Of a stretch of DNA of 64,000 nucleotides, positions 1 through 10,197 are shown piece by piece; the first letter of the stretch is position 1; every line of letters begins with the position of its first letter. The position numbers and the translations under genes were made by a program. The stretch covers positions 53,451 through 117,450 of the forward strand of contig NW_013657628.1 in the NCBI RefSeq assembly GCF_000142905.1. Direction: 5' to 3'. Below the pieces are notes generated by a model, which worked only from the letters and a program-made list of their open reading frames with translations, had not been told where the DNA came from and did no database searches. Source of the DNA: Thecamonas trahens ATCC 50062. Lineage: Eukaryota > Protista > Apusomonadida.

Positions 1-51
1 CTCCCCCTCCCCCCATCCCTCCCCTCACTCCATCCGCCCAGGCTGCCTGCC

Positions 52-151
52 NNNNNNNNNNNNNNNNNNNNNNNNNNNNNNNNNNNNNNNNNNNNNNNNN
101 NNNNNNNNNNNNNNNNNNNNNNNNNNNNNNNNNNNNNNNNNNNNNNNNNNN
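52..151. other. assembly gap (100 N)
   Basis: Run of N flanked by C-rich low-complexity sequence. Confidence 0.99.
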
Positions 152-309
152 CTTTTCCCCCTTCCCCCCCATTATCTCCCCTTAATTTCCATCCGGCAAG
201 GATGCTTGCGCAGGCCCCCCCGCCCGTCACCTTTTCCCCTTCCCCTCGCCCCCCCCCCCCCCCCCTCCCCCCTCCCCCTCCGTCCTTCACACTCGACTCG
301 TCCGAGACG

Positions 310-3000
310 ATGGCAGTGAGTGTAGCCTGGCCAGGAGGCGGAGGAGATGGTGAGGAGGACGTAGCTGTTGCTGGAGGTACTGCCTCGCTGGTCTTCTGGG
401 CCGTGGCCGGGAGGTATGCTGCGCCTGTGGCCGGCTACTTCCCGCCGCTGGAGGAGGCCACGGAGACCATCCAGCTCGATCTGCTGCCGGTTGTCAGATC
501 GTCTGCTGGCGGTGGCGGTGGCGATGACGATGGCGGCGGCGGTGGCGGTGGCGATGACGATGGTAGCGGCGGTGGTGGTCATGATGACGATGGTGGCGGT
601 CCTGCTACTGATGCTGGTGCACCTCCTCGTCTTCGTCGTTGTCCTGCTGCGGACACAGATGTGGTGATCGACATCATTCGCGTCCTCAAGGCATGCTCAC
701 TCTCTGTCTGCCAAACTCGTGTCGTCACAAACGTCATCGAGGCCAGCTACCGCTCGTCCTCGGCATCGAATCCGCGGCCGCACCCACAGTGGCTTGCGTC
801 CACCACCGTCACGTCAAGGCGCTTTGCTCACACCCGCTGGCGATCAGAGTCGGCTGCCGCCCTGGACTCGCCGGCCTTCAACAGTTGTCGTGGCGAGGAT
901 GATGGTTGGGCGCTGATGAAGCCTGAGATTGGACCGGGCGCTGGCCGCCGCAGGCGCGGGGTGGCCTTTGGCGACAACGCCATTCAACGCGCAGTCTCGG
1001 CGTCCGACTCTGACTCGGACGTCTCGGATGGATCGGGAGCAGGTGGCGGGCGTCGGAGGAGCTTTGCCCCGTGCTCGCGATCTGGCTCCGAGTCCGGTTC
1101 CGACATGGCGCGCGAGGATGGCGACAGGTGTGGCGTGGCGCTGGACCTACTGAGCGGACCGGTCGACTCGTCGGTGGAGGACGAGCGAGTGCGGAGGAGG
1201 CAGGCGCGGCTGGCGGCGCGACGGGCGCGGATGCAGGCGAGCAGACAAGGTGCTCCGGCCGACGAGCGATCCGAGGCATCAGCTGGTGGTGCTAGCGAAG
1301 ACACCGGTTCGCAGCGTTGCTCGAGCCCGATCCTCTCTCCGTCGCCGTCGACGGTCGAGCTACGGCGTGAGCTACGACGAAAGCGGATGCAGGAGAAGAT
1401 GGGCCGGTCGACCGACGGGTCGGGCGCCGAGGCGCAACGCCGGGCGCGCCGCGAGTCGCTGGCGTCATCGACGACGACAGAAGCCGAGTGTGAGGCGCAC
1501 TCGCAGTTTATGTCACTCTCGACCGAAGTCCGACGGGCACGGCGGGCGAAGCGAGCAGCGGCAGCAGCAGCAGCAGCACCGGCGGTGGAGGCAACGGCGC
1601 CGAGCCCGAGCCGGTCCGAGTCGCGGGCGTCACGAGCCTCGCGGGCGTCCTCGGTGTCGGACGAGCGCTCCGAACTTAGTTTCACCGAGCTGAGCACACA
1701 TCCGACTGAGCCTATGGCGCGGCCATTGCGATCGGGCGCAGCCTTTGTGGGCGTGGCGTCTGTGGGTGTGGCGTCGTCGCCGGTGGCGCCCTCACCGAGT
1801 CCAGAGCCGAGAGATGGCAGCCGGAGCAGCAACGACGAGCTGTCCGAGCTGGCGTCACGACGGGCCGCGCGACAGGCGCAACGAAACGAGCATGCGAATG
1901 CGCGACAGCAGCTCGTAGATACGCTCAACGCGCTCGACGACCTGGCAGCCGAAGCCGAGCCCAACACGGCTTCAAGCGAGTGCTCATCGGGGTGGTTTGA
2001 CTCAGCCGAGAGCCCGCCGCGGGCGGTCCAGGCTGCAATCCGCCCCGTGCCTAAAGTGCCAACGATGCGGGCTGCATCGGCCGCGGACACGGCACCAAAG
2101 GACGTGGCTGATGCTTCTCTGAACGAGCTTGCTGCGCGCCGTGAAGCGCGACTGCGGCGTCGGGCCGAGCTCCGCGCTATGCGAGCTGCGCTGGACGCCG
2201 AGGTCGAGTCGGGTGAACAGCCTGAGCCCAGACCCGAGGCTGAGGCCGAACCCCAACCTGATCGACTTGCTGCTCGCCGCGAGGAGCGTCGTCGCCGCCG
2301 CGAGGCACTGCGCCAAGCGTCGGCTGATCCCGAGCCCACGCCCGATCCTGAACCTGCGCCCGAGTCCGAGCCCACGCCTGATTCCAAGCCCACGCCCACA
2401 CCCGATCCCGAGCCCATGCCTTCGCCCTCACCCTCACCCGAACCCCAACCCGATCGACTTGCTGCTCGCCGCGAGGAGCGTCGTCGCCGCCGCGAGGCAC
2501 TGCGCCAAGCGTCGGCTGATCCCGAACCCACGCCCGATCCTGAACCTGCGCCCGAGTCCGAGCCCACGCCTGATTCCAAGCCCACGCCTACACCCTCACC
2601 CAAACCCCAACCCGATCGACTCGCCGCTCGCCGCGAGGAGCGCCGCCGCCGCCGCGAGGCACTGCGCCAAGCGTCGGCTGATCTGGCGTCCTCGCCCGAT
2701 CCCGGACCCAAGCCCACGCCCACACCCGACCCCGAGCCCATGCCCTCGCCCTCACCCTCACCCGAACCCCAACCCGATCGACTCGCCGCTCGCCGCGAGG
2801 AGCGCCGCCGCCACCGCGAGGCACTGCGCCAAGCATCGGCTGATTCCGAACCCACGCCCGATCCCAAACCTGCGCCCGAGTCCGAGCCCACGCCCGAGCC
2901 CACGCCGGAGGACGACGACGTCCTAGCCGAGTTTGCCGCCCGCCGCAAGGCCCGCGCCGCCGCCCGCGCCCGCCGCGCCGCGCTCCTCTCGCAACTCTAA
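310..3000 (+). CDS. hypothetical low-complexity protein with Arg/Glu helical and Pro-Glu/Pro-Thr repeats
   Basis: 932-codon ORF 202..3000. The ATG at 310, after the poly-C tract, is the likelier start. Four copies of PQPDRLAARREERRRRREALRQASAD. No recognisable catalytic domain. Confidence 0.7.
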   Translation: MAVSVAWPGGGGDGEEDVAVAGGTASLVFWAVAGRYAAPVAGYFPPLEEATETIQLDLLPVVRSSAGGGGGDDDGGGGGGGDDDGSGGGGHDDDGGGPATDAGAPPRLRRCPAADTDVVIDIIRVLKACSLSVCQTRVVTNVIEASYRSSSASNPRPHPQWLASTTVTSRRFAHTRWRSESAAALDSPAFNSCRGEDDGWALMKPEIGPGAGRRRRGVAFGDNAIQRAVSASDSDSDVSDGSGAGGGRRRSFAPCSRSGSESGSDMAREDGDRCGVALDLLSGPVDSSVEDERVRRRQARLAARRARMQASRQGAPADERSEASAGGASEDTGSQRCSSPILSPSPSTVELRRELRRKRMQEKMGRSTDGSGAEAQRRARRESLASSTTTEAECEAHSQFMSLSTEVRRARRAKRAAAAAAAAPAVEATAPSPSRSESRASRASRASSVSDERSELSFTELSTHPTEPMARPLRSGAAFVGVASVGVASSPVAPSPSPEPRDGSRSSNDELSELASRRAARQAQRNEHANARQQLVDTLNALDDLAAEAEPNTASSECSSGWFDSAESPPRAVQAAIRPVPKVPTMRAASAADTAPKDVADASLNELAARREARLRRRAELRAMRAALDAEVESGEQPEPRPEAEAEPQPDRLAARREERRRRREALRQASADPEPTPDPEPAPESEPTPDSKPTPTPDPEPMPSPSPSPEPQPDRLAARREERRRRREALRQASADPEPTPDPEPAPESEPTPDSKPTPTPSPKPQPDRLAARREERRRRREALRQASADLASSPDPGPKPTPTPDPEPMPSPSPSPEPQPDRLAARREERRRHREALRQASADSEPTPDPKPAPESEPTPEPTPEDDDVLAEFAARRKARAAARARRAALLSQL
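2246..2905 (+). repeat. coding tandem repeat, 4 units of about 160-190 bp
   Basis: Units start near 2251, 2443, 2605 and 2767 (ccccaacc(t/c)gatcgact...gcgtcggctgat). Confidence 0.9.
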
Positions 3001-3019
3001 GGCCGCACAACCCTTTACC

Positions 3020-3988
3020 TCACGCCCCCTGCCGCTTGTCGCTTTGCACAACCTTGGCCGCCGCCTGCTGCTCGCGGTACTTGATCGAGGTGTACCACAC
3101 CACGCCGCCGACCGCGCCGAGCATGCCGGTCGCGAGCGTGCCCGAGACCGGCGAGTTGAGGAAGAGGACGCCGAAAATGAGGATGAGGATAAGCTTAAAG
3201 TGGCCGACCACGTGATACGTGAGCGGTGAGGTGTAGAAGATTAGCTGCGATGACGAGATGTTGAGTGACGCCGCCATCAAGCACGTGAGCACCATAAACG
3301 CCACCCGCGACGAGCCGGCCACCTCGGGATCAAGGTCCGCCTGTAGCAGGCCCAGCATCTGCCCAACAGGATCGCGCTCGACAAGCATCGATGCCGCAAT
3401 AAAGCACATAGCCGTCCACGGGAACATGTGAAAGTTGAGCTGGTACGTCGTGAGCCCGAGCTCGGTCGGCTTGGACTTTGACCACAGCGAATGCGTCGCC
3501 GAAGCCAGAATGGCCACGCACGAGCACCCCACCCCGGTCATGGTCACCGTCACATCCGCCGTCGTCACAAACGCCACGCACACGCAGATGACCCCAAGGG
3601 CAGCCTGTGTGTCAAGGCCTACGCTCTTGCGGAAGAACACATACTGCATCGCCGCAGTCACAGGCGTCACCAGGAGCTTGGAGAGCTGATACGTGCCGAC
3701 CGAGTTGAGCTTGAGCGAGAGATTGAAAAAGGCGACGGTGAAGAAGAACGAGGCCACCACCCGCGCAATCTGCAGTCCAGGCATCGGCTTGTAGCTCTCA
3801 TACCCGAGCTTGATTAGCGCGTACACCGCAATCCACGAGGCAATGAGGTGCATGCCCGTAAGGAACAGGATGCATTCAAGTCGAATAAAGTCGAGCAGCC
3901 ACTTGTTGATGAGAATGAGGCCGACCGACGACGCCACGTTCCATGAGACATACCCAACAGAGACCAAGCTGGAAGTCATCTGTGCCAT
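3020..3988 (-). CDS. nucleotide-sugar/triose-phosphate transporter family protein (SLC35E3/UXT-like)
   Basis: About 10 hydrophobic segments; motifs SSVGLILINK, NLSLKLNSVGTYQLSKLLVTP, TSPLTYHVVGHFK. Confidence 0.9.
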   Translation of the reverse strand: MAQMTSSLVSVGYVSWNVASSVGLILINKWLLDFIRLECILFLTGMHLIASWIAVYALIKLGYESYKPMPGLQIARVVASFFFTVAFFNLSLKLNSVGTYQLSKLLVTPVTAAMQYVFFRKSVGLDTQAALGVICVCVAFVTTADVTVTMTGVGCSCVAILASATHSLWSKSKPTELGLTTYQLNFHMFPWTAMCFIAASMLVERDPVGQMLGLLQADLDPEVAGSSRVAFMVLTCLMAASLNISSSQLIFYTSPLTYHVVGHFKLILILIFGVLFLNSPVSGTLATGMLGAVGGVVWYTSIKYREQQAAAKVVQSDKRQGA

Positions 3989-4597
3989 TGTGCTCTCTCA
4001 CCTCTCCCCTCCAGATACCCCTCCTTTCCGTCCTGGCGAGTTAGGTGCCTCTATCTACCTCACTTGCCCTTTTCCCGCCAACCTCTCCCACACCCGCCCG
4101 GGGAGGGATCCTCGCACACTCGCCACCCGCCCACACCCACACTCTTCGGGCAGCACACAATTTCTCCTTCAACGACGGGGGTGCGCTCCGCCTCGTGAAA
4201 AAAAAAATTTATCCCCCCCCTCTTCGCCACCCCCCCTCCCCTTCCCCCTCCCTGGTCACCTTGCTCCGCACCTGCCGCCGCACCAGCCCCACCCCCCCCC
4301 CCCCTCCCCACCTCCCCCTCCCCCCTCCTCCTCTGCCACCATCCTCCATCACTCCATCCACACCCACACCCACACCCACATCCCTCCCCCCCTCCTCCCC
4401 CGCGCCAGCCCCTTTCCCGCTCCTTTCCCGCCCCCATCCTACACCCGCCCCTCCAATCATGTCACGCGCCGTCAGTCTTGCCGCGTGCTTGCGTCATCTC
4501 GACGACTGCCATTCATGAATGCAGGCGATTTCGGAACAAAAGCGCCTCCACATCTCCCGTCACCAGCATTTCACCAGACAAGGCAACTCACAACATC

Positions 4598-5518
4598 ATG
4601 ACCAGCCGCCCCACGATTACCACTGTTCCGCTCAACACGGGCGCTACGATGCCGCAACACGGCCTCGGGACCTGGCTTTCCAAGCCCGGCGAGGTCAAGG
4701 ATGCGGTAAAGACGGCTCTGTACGCCGGCTACACCCACATCGATGCCGCAGCGGTGTATGGCAACGAGGCCGAGGTGGGCGAGGCCCTTGCCGAGGTCTT
4801 CGCCGATGAGGACTCGGGCATCAAGCGCGAGGACGTGTTCATTACCTCCAAGCTCTGGTCGCAGTCGCACGGTTCTATCGCCGAGGCGCTCAACCAGACG
4901 CTCAAGGATCTCCAGCTGGACTACCTCGACCTCTACCTCATCCACAACCCGGTGGCCTTCCAGGGCGAGACCGTGTTTGACGTCGCCGAGCTCGAGTACA
5001 TCCCGCTCGCCGCCAAGTGGAAGGCCATGGAGTCGCTGCAGGACGCAGGCCTTACCCGCGCCATCGGCGTCTCCAACTTCCCCACCGCCCTCATCTACGA
5101 GCTCCTCTCCGTCGCCCGCATCCCGCCGGCTGTCGTCCAGATCGAGCGCCACCCGTACAACGTCCAGAAGCTGCACGTCGACTTTGTCGAGCGCCACCAC
5201 ATCCACGTCACAAACTACTCGCCGCTCGGCAACCCGGGCAAGTACTCTGGCGGGCCCGAGACAAAGCTCCTCGAGCACCCCAAGGTCCTTGAGCTTGCAG
5301 ACGCCCACAACAAGACCGCTGCACAGATCCTCATTCGCTGGGGCATCGACAAGGGTGCCACCGTCATCCCCAAGTCGGTCAACCCCGATCGCATCAAGGA
5401 GAACCTCGCCGTCTTTGACTTTCAGCTCCAGCCGCACGAGGTTGCTGAGCTTGATGCCCTCGACGTCGGCCACCGCTACCTCGACTTTACTTTCCTCGGC
5501 GTCCCCATCTTTACCTAG
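4598..5518 (+). CDS. aldo-keto reductase (AKR1-like)
   Basis: GLGTW, HIDAAAVYGNE, FITSKLW, LDLYLIH, IGVSNF, IPKS; catalytic D/Y/K/H tetrad present; ATG at 4598. Confidence 0.95.
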   Translation: MTSRPTITTVPLNTGATMPQHGLGTWLSKPGEVKDAVKTALYAGYTHIDAAAVYGNEAEVGEALAEVFADEDSGIKREDVFITSKLWSQSHGSIAEALNQTLKDLQLDYLDLYLIHNPVAFQGETVFDVAELEYIPLAAKWKAMESLQDAGLTRAIGVSNFPTALIYELLSVARIPPAVVQIERHPYNVQKLHVDFVERHHIHVTNYSPLGNPGKYSGGPETKLLEHPKVLELADAHNKTAAQILIRWGIDKGATVIPKSVNPDRIKENLAVFDFQLQPHEVAELDALDVGHRYLDFTFLGVPIFT

Positions 5519-5849
5519 ATGCCTACTGCTCTCATCAAACACACCGTCCAACACCCCCCCCCCCCCCCCCCTCTCCCCACCTTGCGCCACATTTTCGCAT
5601 GTGCCATGCCGACGCCACGTGACCTGCCCCACCAACCATCAGCCGACCAATATCGATTTTTAGCGGTTGTCCATTGTTTTTTCCTATTTCCATTCATTGA
5701 CTCGCCTTGCCATTCATTATTGGTTGGTTTCTTTCTTGCCCGTCACGCCGGACATTCTCCTCTCGCGCGTGGTCCACAGCCGCCCACGCTCCCCCCCTTC
5801 ACCCTTCCCTCCCCCCCCTCCCTCGTGGCTCACCTTTGTTGGCGAAGCC

Positions 5850-7079
5850 ATGTTCACTGAGGGTATGGATGTGTATCTCCTTGCCGCTGTGGGCATCTCG
5901 CTTGCAGCGGTAGCGGCTTGGGCCTCCTCCTCGCCTCGCACCAAGGCTATGCCGTCGTCCTCCGCCACCACCACGTCGTCGTCAGCGAAGCTTTGCCAGC
6001 ATGGCATTTTTGCTGGCGGCCGGCACGTGCGGGTGGTGACGGGCAAGGCGGCGAGGCCCGCCAAGGGCAAGCCCACCACCCAGCCCCCTCCTACTGCCTC
6101 CATTGGTGTCAATGGGCATGACCATGATGACTCCTCCATGGAGCATAACCTCGCGTCTCGTTTGGCTCGCTCGCTCCTCGACTCGCTTGTGGTCCTCTGG
6201 CCCGCTTCGCCAATTGGCTCTGTTCCGTACTCGCCATCCCCCTTGGCTGTCACTGATCCAAATTTGCTCAAATCGCCGCTATCCGCCGCTCACCCGCCCG
6301 AGCCTGCCCCGCTCTCTGTCGCCCATGCTCTGCCGCTCTCACTGGCCAACCCATCCCGGGCGGACCCGGAGACTGCGTCGGGGAAAGTTGCTCATGTTCA
6401 GTCTCGTGCTGCCACGAAGGATGGCGTCCGTGCGTCTAACCCGTTGAGCCCAGTGGCTGCTGCCGCTGACGATAACGACGGCGTCGAGGAAGATGACGAC
6501 GACGACGACGACGACAATGACAACGACAACGACACCCACAGCCGCGGAAACGACAACGCTCTCAAGCCGAGCAACAGTCTCGCCGCTGCAATCGAGGTCC
6601 CGCTCTGCCTCGACCTCCCGGTCGACGCACACTGCCCGACCGTGGCGGCGTCGGACGCCATTGTTCTCCCGCGCGAGCCCAACGTCATGCAAGCGATCGA
6701 GGCCTTCAAGCCGCGCGCTGACGACGAGCTCCTGGTTGCCCCTGGCGACGTTGTCACCGTGCTCGAGCGCTACTCGGACGGCTGGATCATGGCCTGCAAC
6801 GAGGGCGTGTGTGGCGTGCTCCCGGCCTCGTTCCTGGCCCCGCTCCAGGTCGCCGCCAAGTGGGCCTTTGTCCCGTCGTCACCCGACGAGGTCGCCCTCG
6901 CTGTTGGTGACCTCGTTGACATCTACGAGTTCTACGATGACGGCTGGGCCCTTGTCCGTGCTCCCTCGGGTGCCGCGGGCATGGCCCCGCAGTCGTTCCT
7001 CGACCACCCGGCCGCCGCCGCTGACGCCGGCCTTCACACCCCGTCGGCACTCGACACCCCGCCGGCTTCGCCGCACTAA
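5850..7079 (+). CDS. tandem SH3-domain protein with N-terminal hydrophobic anchor
   Basis: Two C-terminal SH3 motifs (AIEAFKPRADDELLVAPGD..DGW..GVLP; AKWAFVPSSPDEVAL..DDGW..GMAP); N-terminal YLLAAVGISLAAVAAW. Confidence 0.85.
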   Translation: MFTEGMDVYLLAAVGISLAAVAAWASSSPRTKAMPSSSATTTSSSAKLCQHGIFAGGRHVRVVTGKAARPAKGKPTTQPPPTASIGVNGHDHDDSSMEHNLASRLARSLLDSLVVLWPASPIGSVPYSPSPLAVTDPNLLKSPLSAAHPPEPAPLSVAHALPLSLANPSRADPETASGKVAHVQSRAATKDGVRASNPLSPVAAAADDNDGVEEDDDDDDDDNDNDNDTHSRGNDNALKPSNSLAAAIEVPLCLDLPVDAHCPTVAASDAIVLPREPNVMQAIEAFKPRADDELLVAPGDVVTVLERYSDGWIMACNEGVCGVLPASFLAPLQVAAKWAFVPSSPDEVALAVGDLVDIYEFYDDGWALVRAPSGAAGMAPQSFLDHPAAAADAGLHTPSALDTPPASPH

Positions 7080-7103
7080 ACTGCAACCTGCCCTGCTGTT
7101 CAT

Positions 7104-9568
7104 TTAGCTGGAGCTCGAGTACGTGTCCGAGTCGGACCACGTCTTCTCCACCACCTCGCCTTTCTGACGCCCGCCCGAGCTCGAGAACGTGCCCGAGCCC
7201 GTCGACGACGACGAACACGTCGATGTGAACGACCGCATGGTGGCGGTCGGGTCCGAGTACGACCGTGACGATGACATCGAGCCACACGACGACGACGTCG
7301 ACGGTTCGAATTGCGCAGCATCGCCGTGCCTGCCTTGGCTCCTGCCATGCTTCGACGATGGCTGCGACAGCGCGCGCGCGTTGGACTCTCGCCCTCTCCG
7401 CCCTCCCGACGCAGGATAGCGCGAGAGCGGCGACGGTTGCGGTTGGCGTGGCACACGCCGCCGCCCGCCCGACAACGATCGCTCACCTGACGACGACCGA
7501 GGCCGCGACCGCTGGCTCTCGACCTCGTCCTCACCCTCCGGCACGGGCTCCGGCGATTCGAGATTGCGCTTCTTGCGGAGAGAGGTCGGCCCGTACTTGC
7601 CAATACGCCGCGACTGCGCCAACTGCCGGAGGCCGACTCGGGACCATCGCCGCTGCGCCCGCTTGCTCAGCGCCGCAATCTTCTTGGTCAGCCGCTTCTG
7701 GAACGCCTTGTCGATCGGCACGTTGTCGAGCGACGCCAACGCCCGCCCGACCTGGGACCGTGTAATCGAGTCTTCGTGCGCAAACCCGGTGCCGACGAGG
7801 AGCGATCCCTGCGACGAGGCCAGCTTCTGCGGCATGCCCGTCATTCCGTGTTGCAGGCGGAACTGAAGTTGCTCGTTCTCCTTGCTCAGCTCCGAGACCC
7901 GCTTGCGCAGCGCGCGAATAGCCACCCGGTCGTTCCGCTGCTTCTCCTGCGCCTTCCGGATGTATTTGGTGTAGACCTGGTTGACTTGCGCAACACGCTT
8001 GCGAAGCACCCCCACAGGCACGGTACCTCGCACGCCTGGCGTCGGTGGCGCACTCGACCCACCACCAGACGCCCCGCCTTCGCTCTCGCCACCAGACCCA
8101 CCGGCATCGCTCTTGAGCACATCCTCCAGCCGGATCTTCGGCAGCTGGATCTCGGCATGTGTCCGCGCAATGTCACCGTCCCACCCGCTGAGCTCGGGCA
8201 TGCCCGCCTCGGCGTCATCACCCAGCGGCGGCAGCAGCCGGTCGGCAACGCCTCGCGGCTCGGCAAACGCCTCATTCTCTAGCAGCATCCGCACCTCGAG
8301 CGAGAACTGCGACTCGACGGTCGCCACACGCGACTCAAAGTCCTCCGACGTCTCGATAAACTTCTCCAGCCGCTCGAGCATGAACCCTTGCTCGCGGCCC
8401 ATGACCATGATCCGGCCGAGCGTCTCGCGGAGCACAGCTGCCTGCTTCCGCGACTGGATGTCAAAGCCGAGACGGTCGAGCGTGTGCGCCAGCGCCTTGG
8501 TCCGCGAAATCGATTTTTCCAGGCTGCTCGAAATCAAGCCCGTCTGCGAGAGCAGTTGGTGGACTCGATCGAGAAGGAGGACAATCTGCCGGAGAATCGC
8601 CTGCTGCGCCGCCGACATGATTCGAGTCTTGCCCGGTCCTCTGGTCGCCACCGACCCACCCGCTGCAGAGAGACCGATCTCCTCTGTACTAGTCGCCAGC
8701 GACGGTGTCGATGCCATACCTGCATGCACCGTCGCCTCAGCACGCGTTCCCACGGGAAGACCTGAAAGATTGGCGATGGCGCCAAACCGCCGGTCGACAA
8801 GCGCTTCCGAAGTGATGGCAAAGACTGGGACCGGCGACGGCCACCCCGTCAGCGAGGTCGGCCCCAGCCCAATGGCAGACGTCTTGGTCTCCAGTGAGTA
8901 CAGCTTGGCGTCGACCTTATGCCACAGCGACTCGGTGGCCAGCACCTGTCCGCCCCATGCGCTCTCGGCCAACGCACGGACAAGCGACGCGTCTCGCCCG
9001 CTCAACCCGCCCCAGTGGAGACCCATAGCGAGTCTAGGTCCGCAGAAAATGACGCTTCCTGTGAGCGACCGCTCCAGCGCCGCGCTCGGGAGCTCCAGCA
9101 GCTCCTCGGGCCACGGCGCAGACAGCAAATCAACTTGCAGTTTGAGCGCAAACGCCACCGCCTCCAGCGGTGCCGAGAATACCACCCGCCCGCCGTCGTC
9201 CCCGAGCTCGACAACCAGCGGACGCTGTGGCGCAGCGGCGTGTCTTACCACCGTGTGGACAATCTCCATGGCCTCCTCCATCACCTCTGCAGGCAGCGTG
9301 TCCCAGAACGTAGCAGCCGCATCGACTGAAAAAGCAGCAACTGCAGCCTTGCGAGGGAGAGCCATGCCACGGCCGCCGCTCGCGCCGCCAGCAGTTGATG
9401 CACCCATCGATGCATGCATAGACGCAACACGAGACGATACAGCAGCACCGCCCCCACATGAGCTGCTGGCGGGAGTGGCATCGGTTGCGAGACCAAGGTG
9501 TGTTGCAGCTGGCGGATGATGGTATGGAGCTCATCCACATCCAGTGGAAGCTCGTCAAAGTCGTCCAT
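7104..9568 (-). CDS. degenerate class III adenylate cyclase-like domain plus coiled-coil protein
   Basis: ORF 7104..9419 with FWDTLPAEVMEEAM, LQVDLLSAPWPEELL, GPRLAMGLHWG, AWGGQVL (fungal/kinetoplastid cyclase-type motifs). A probable N-terminus MDDFDELPLDVDELHTIIRQLQ (ATG about 9568) joins by a 1-nt frameshift near 9495. Confidence 0.7.
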
Positions 9569-9703
9569 GGTCACTCGCTCGACTGTCGCCTCTCTGCAAC
9601 TCACCAGATGCGCAAGGGAAGTCTTTCGTAAGCCAGTCAATCGCCACCGATGAGGTCACCGCCGACTCTGCAAGATGTAGGAGAGAGGGCACCTCAGTCG
9701 GTG

Positions 9704-9877
9704 CGGGTCAGATCGGTCGTCAACCAGCTCGTCACCACAGACGTTATTAGCTCTCACCCACGAGAATAGCGACAGTCAGCCAGTTCGGGTCAGATCGGTC
9801 GTCAACCAGCTCGTCACCACAGACGTTCTTGGCTCTCACCCACGAGAATAGCGACAGTCAGCCAGTTCGGGTCAGAT
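9704..9877. repeat. 82-bp tandem repeat, about 2.1 copies
   Basis: cgggtcagat recurs at 9704, 9786 and 9868; the two full copies differ at only two positions. Confidence 0.92.
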
Positions 9878-10197
9878 TGGCTTCTGATGCGCTCGCCAGG
9901 TTGCCACCGCCTCGAGGCTGAGGAGAGGGAGTGGGCAGGACCACCAGAGGAGAGAGCCGGATGCACCAAAGGGTGGTTGTGAGGACACGGACGAGCGTAC
10001 TAGCTACCTGGCTACGGAGGGGGGGGGGGGGGGGGGGGCGTCGTCGTTGAGACCGCTGTCGGTTCGTCGCTCGCCAGCGGACAGTCGGCGGAAAGGCGGC
10101 AGTGAGCGGCGGACAGGTAGCCGGTGGCGGCAAGGGGGCAGGGGGAGGGGGGAGGGATTGTAATCAGATTGGTAGATGCGTGCAGCGGCGAGGATTG

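Noticed and set aside
9704-9877. Possible CRISPR array
   Set aside because: Whole 82-bp units are duplicated with no unique spacers, there are no cas genes, and the context is eukaryotic
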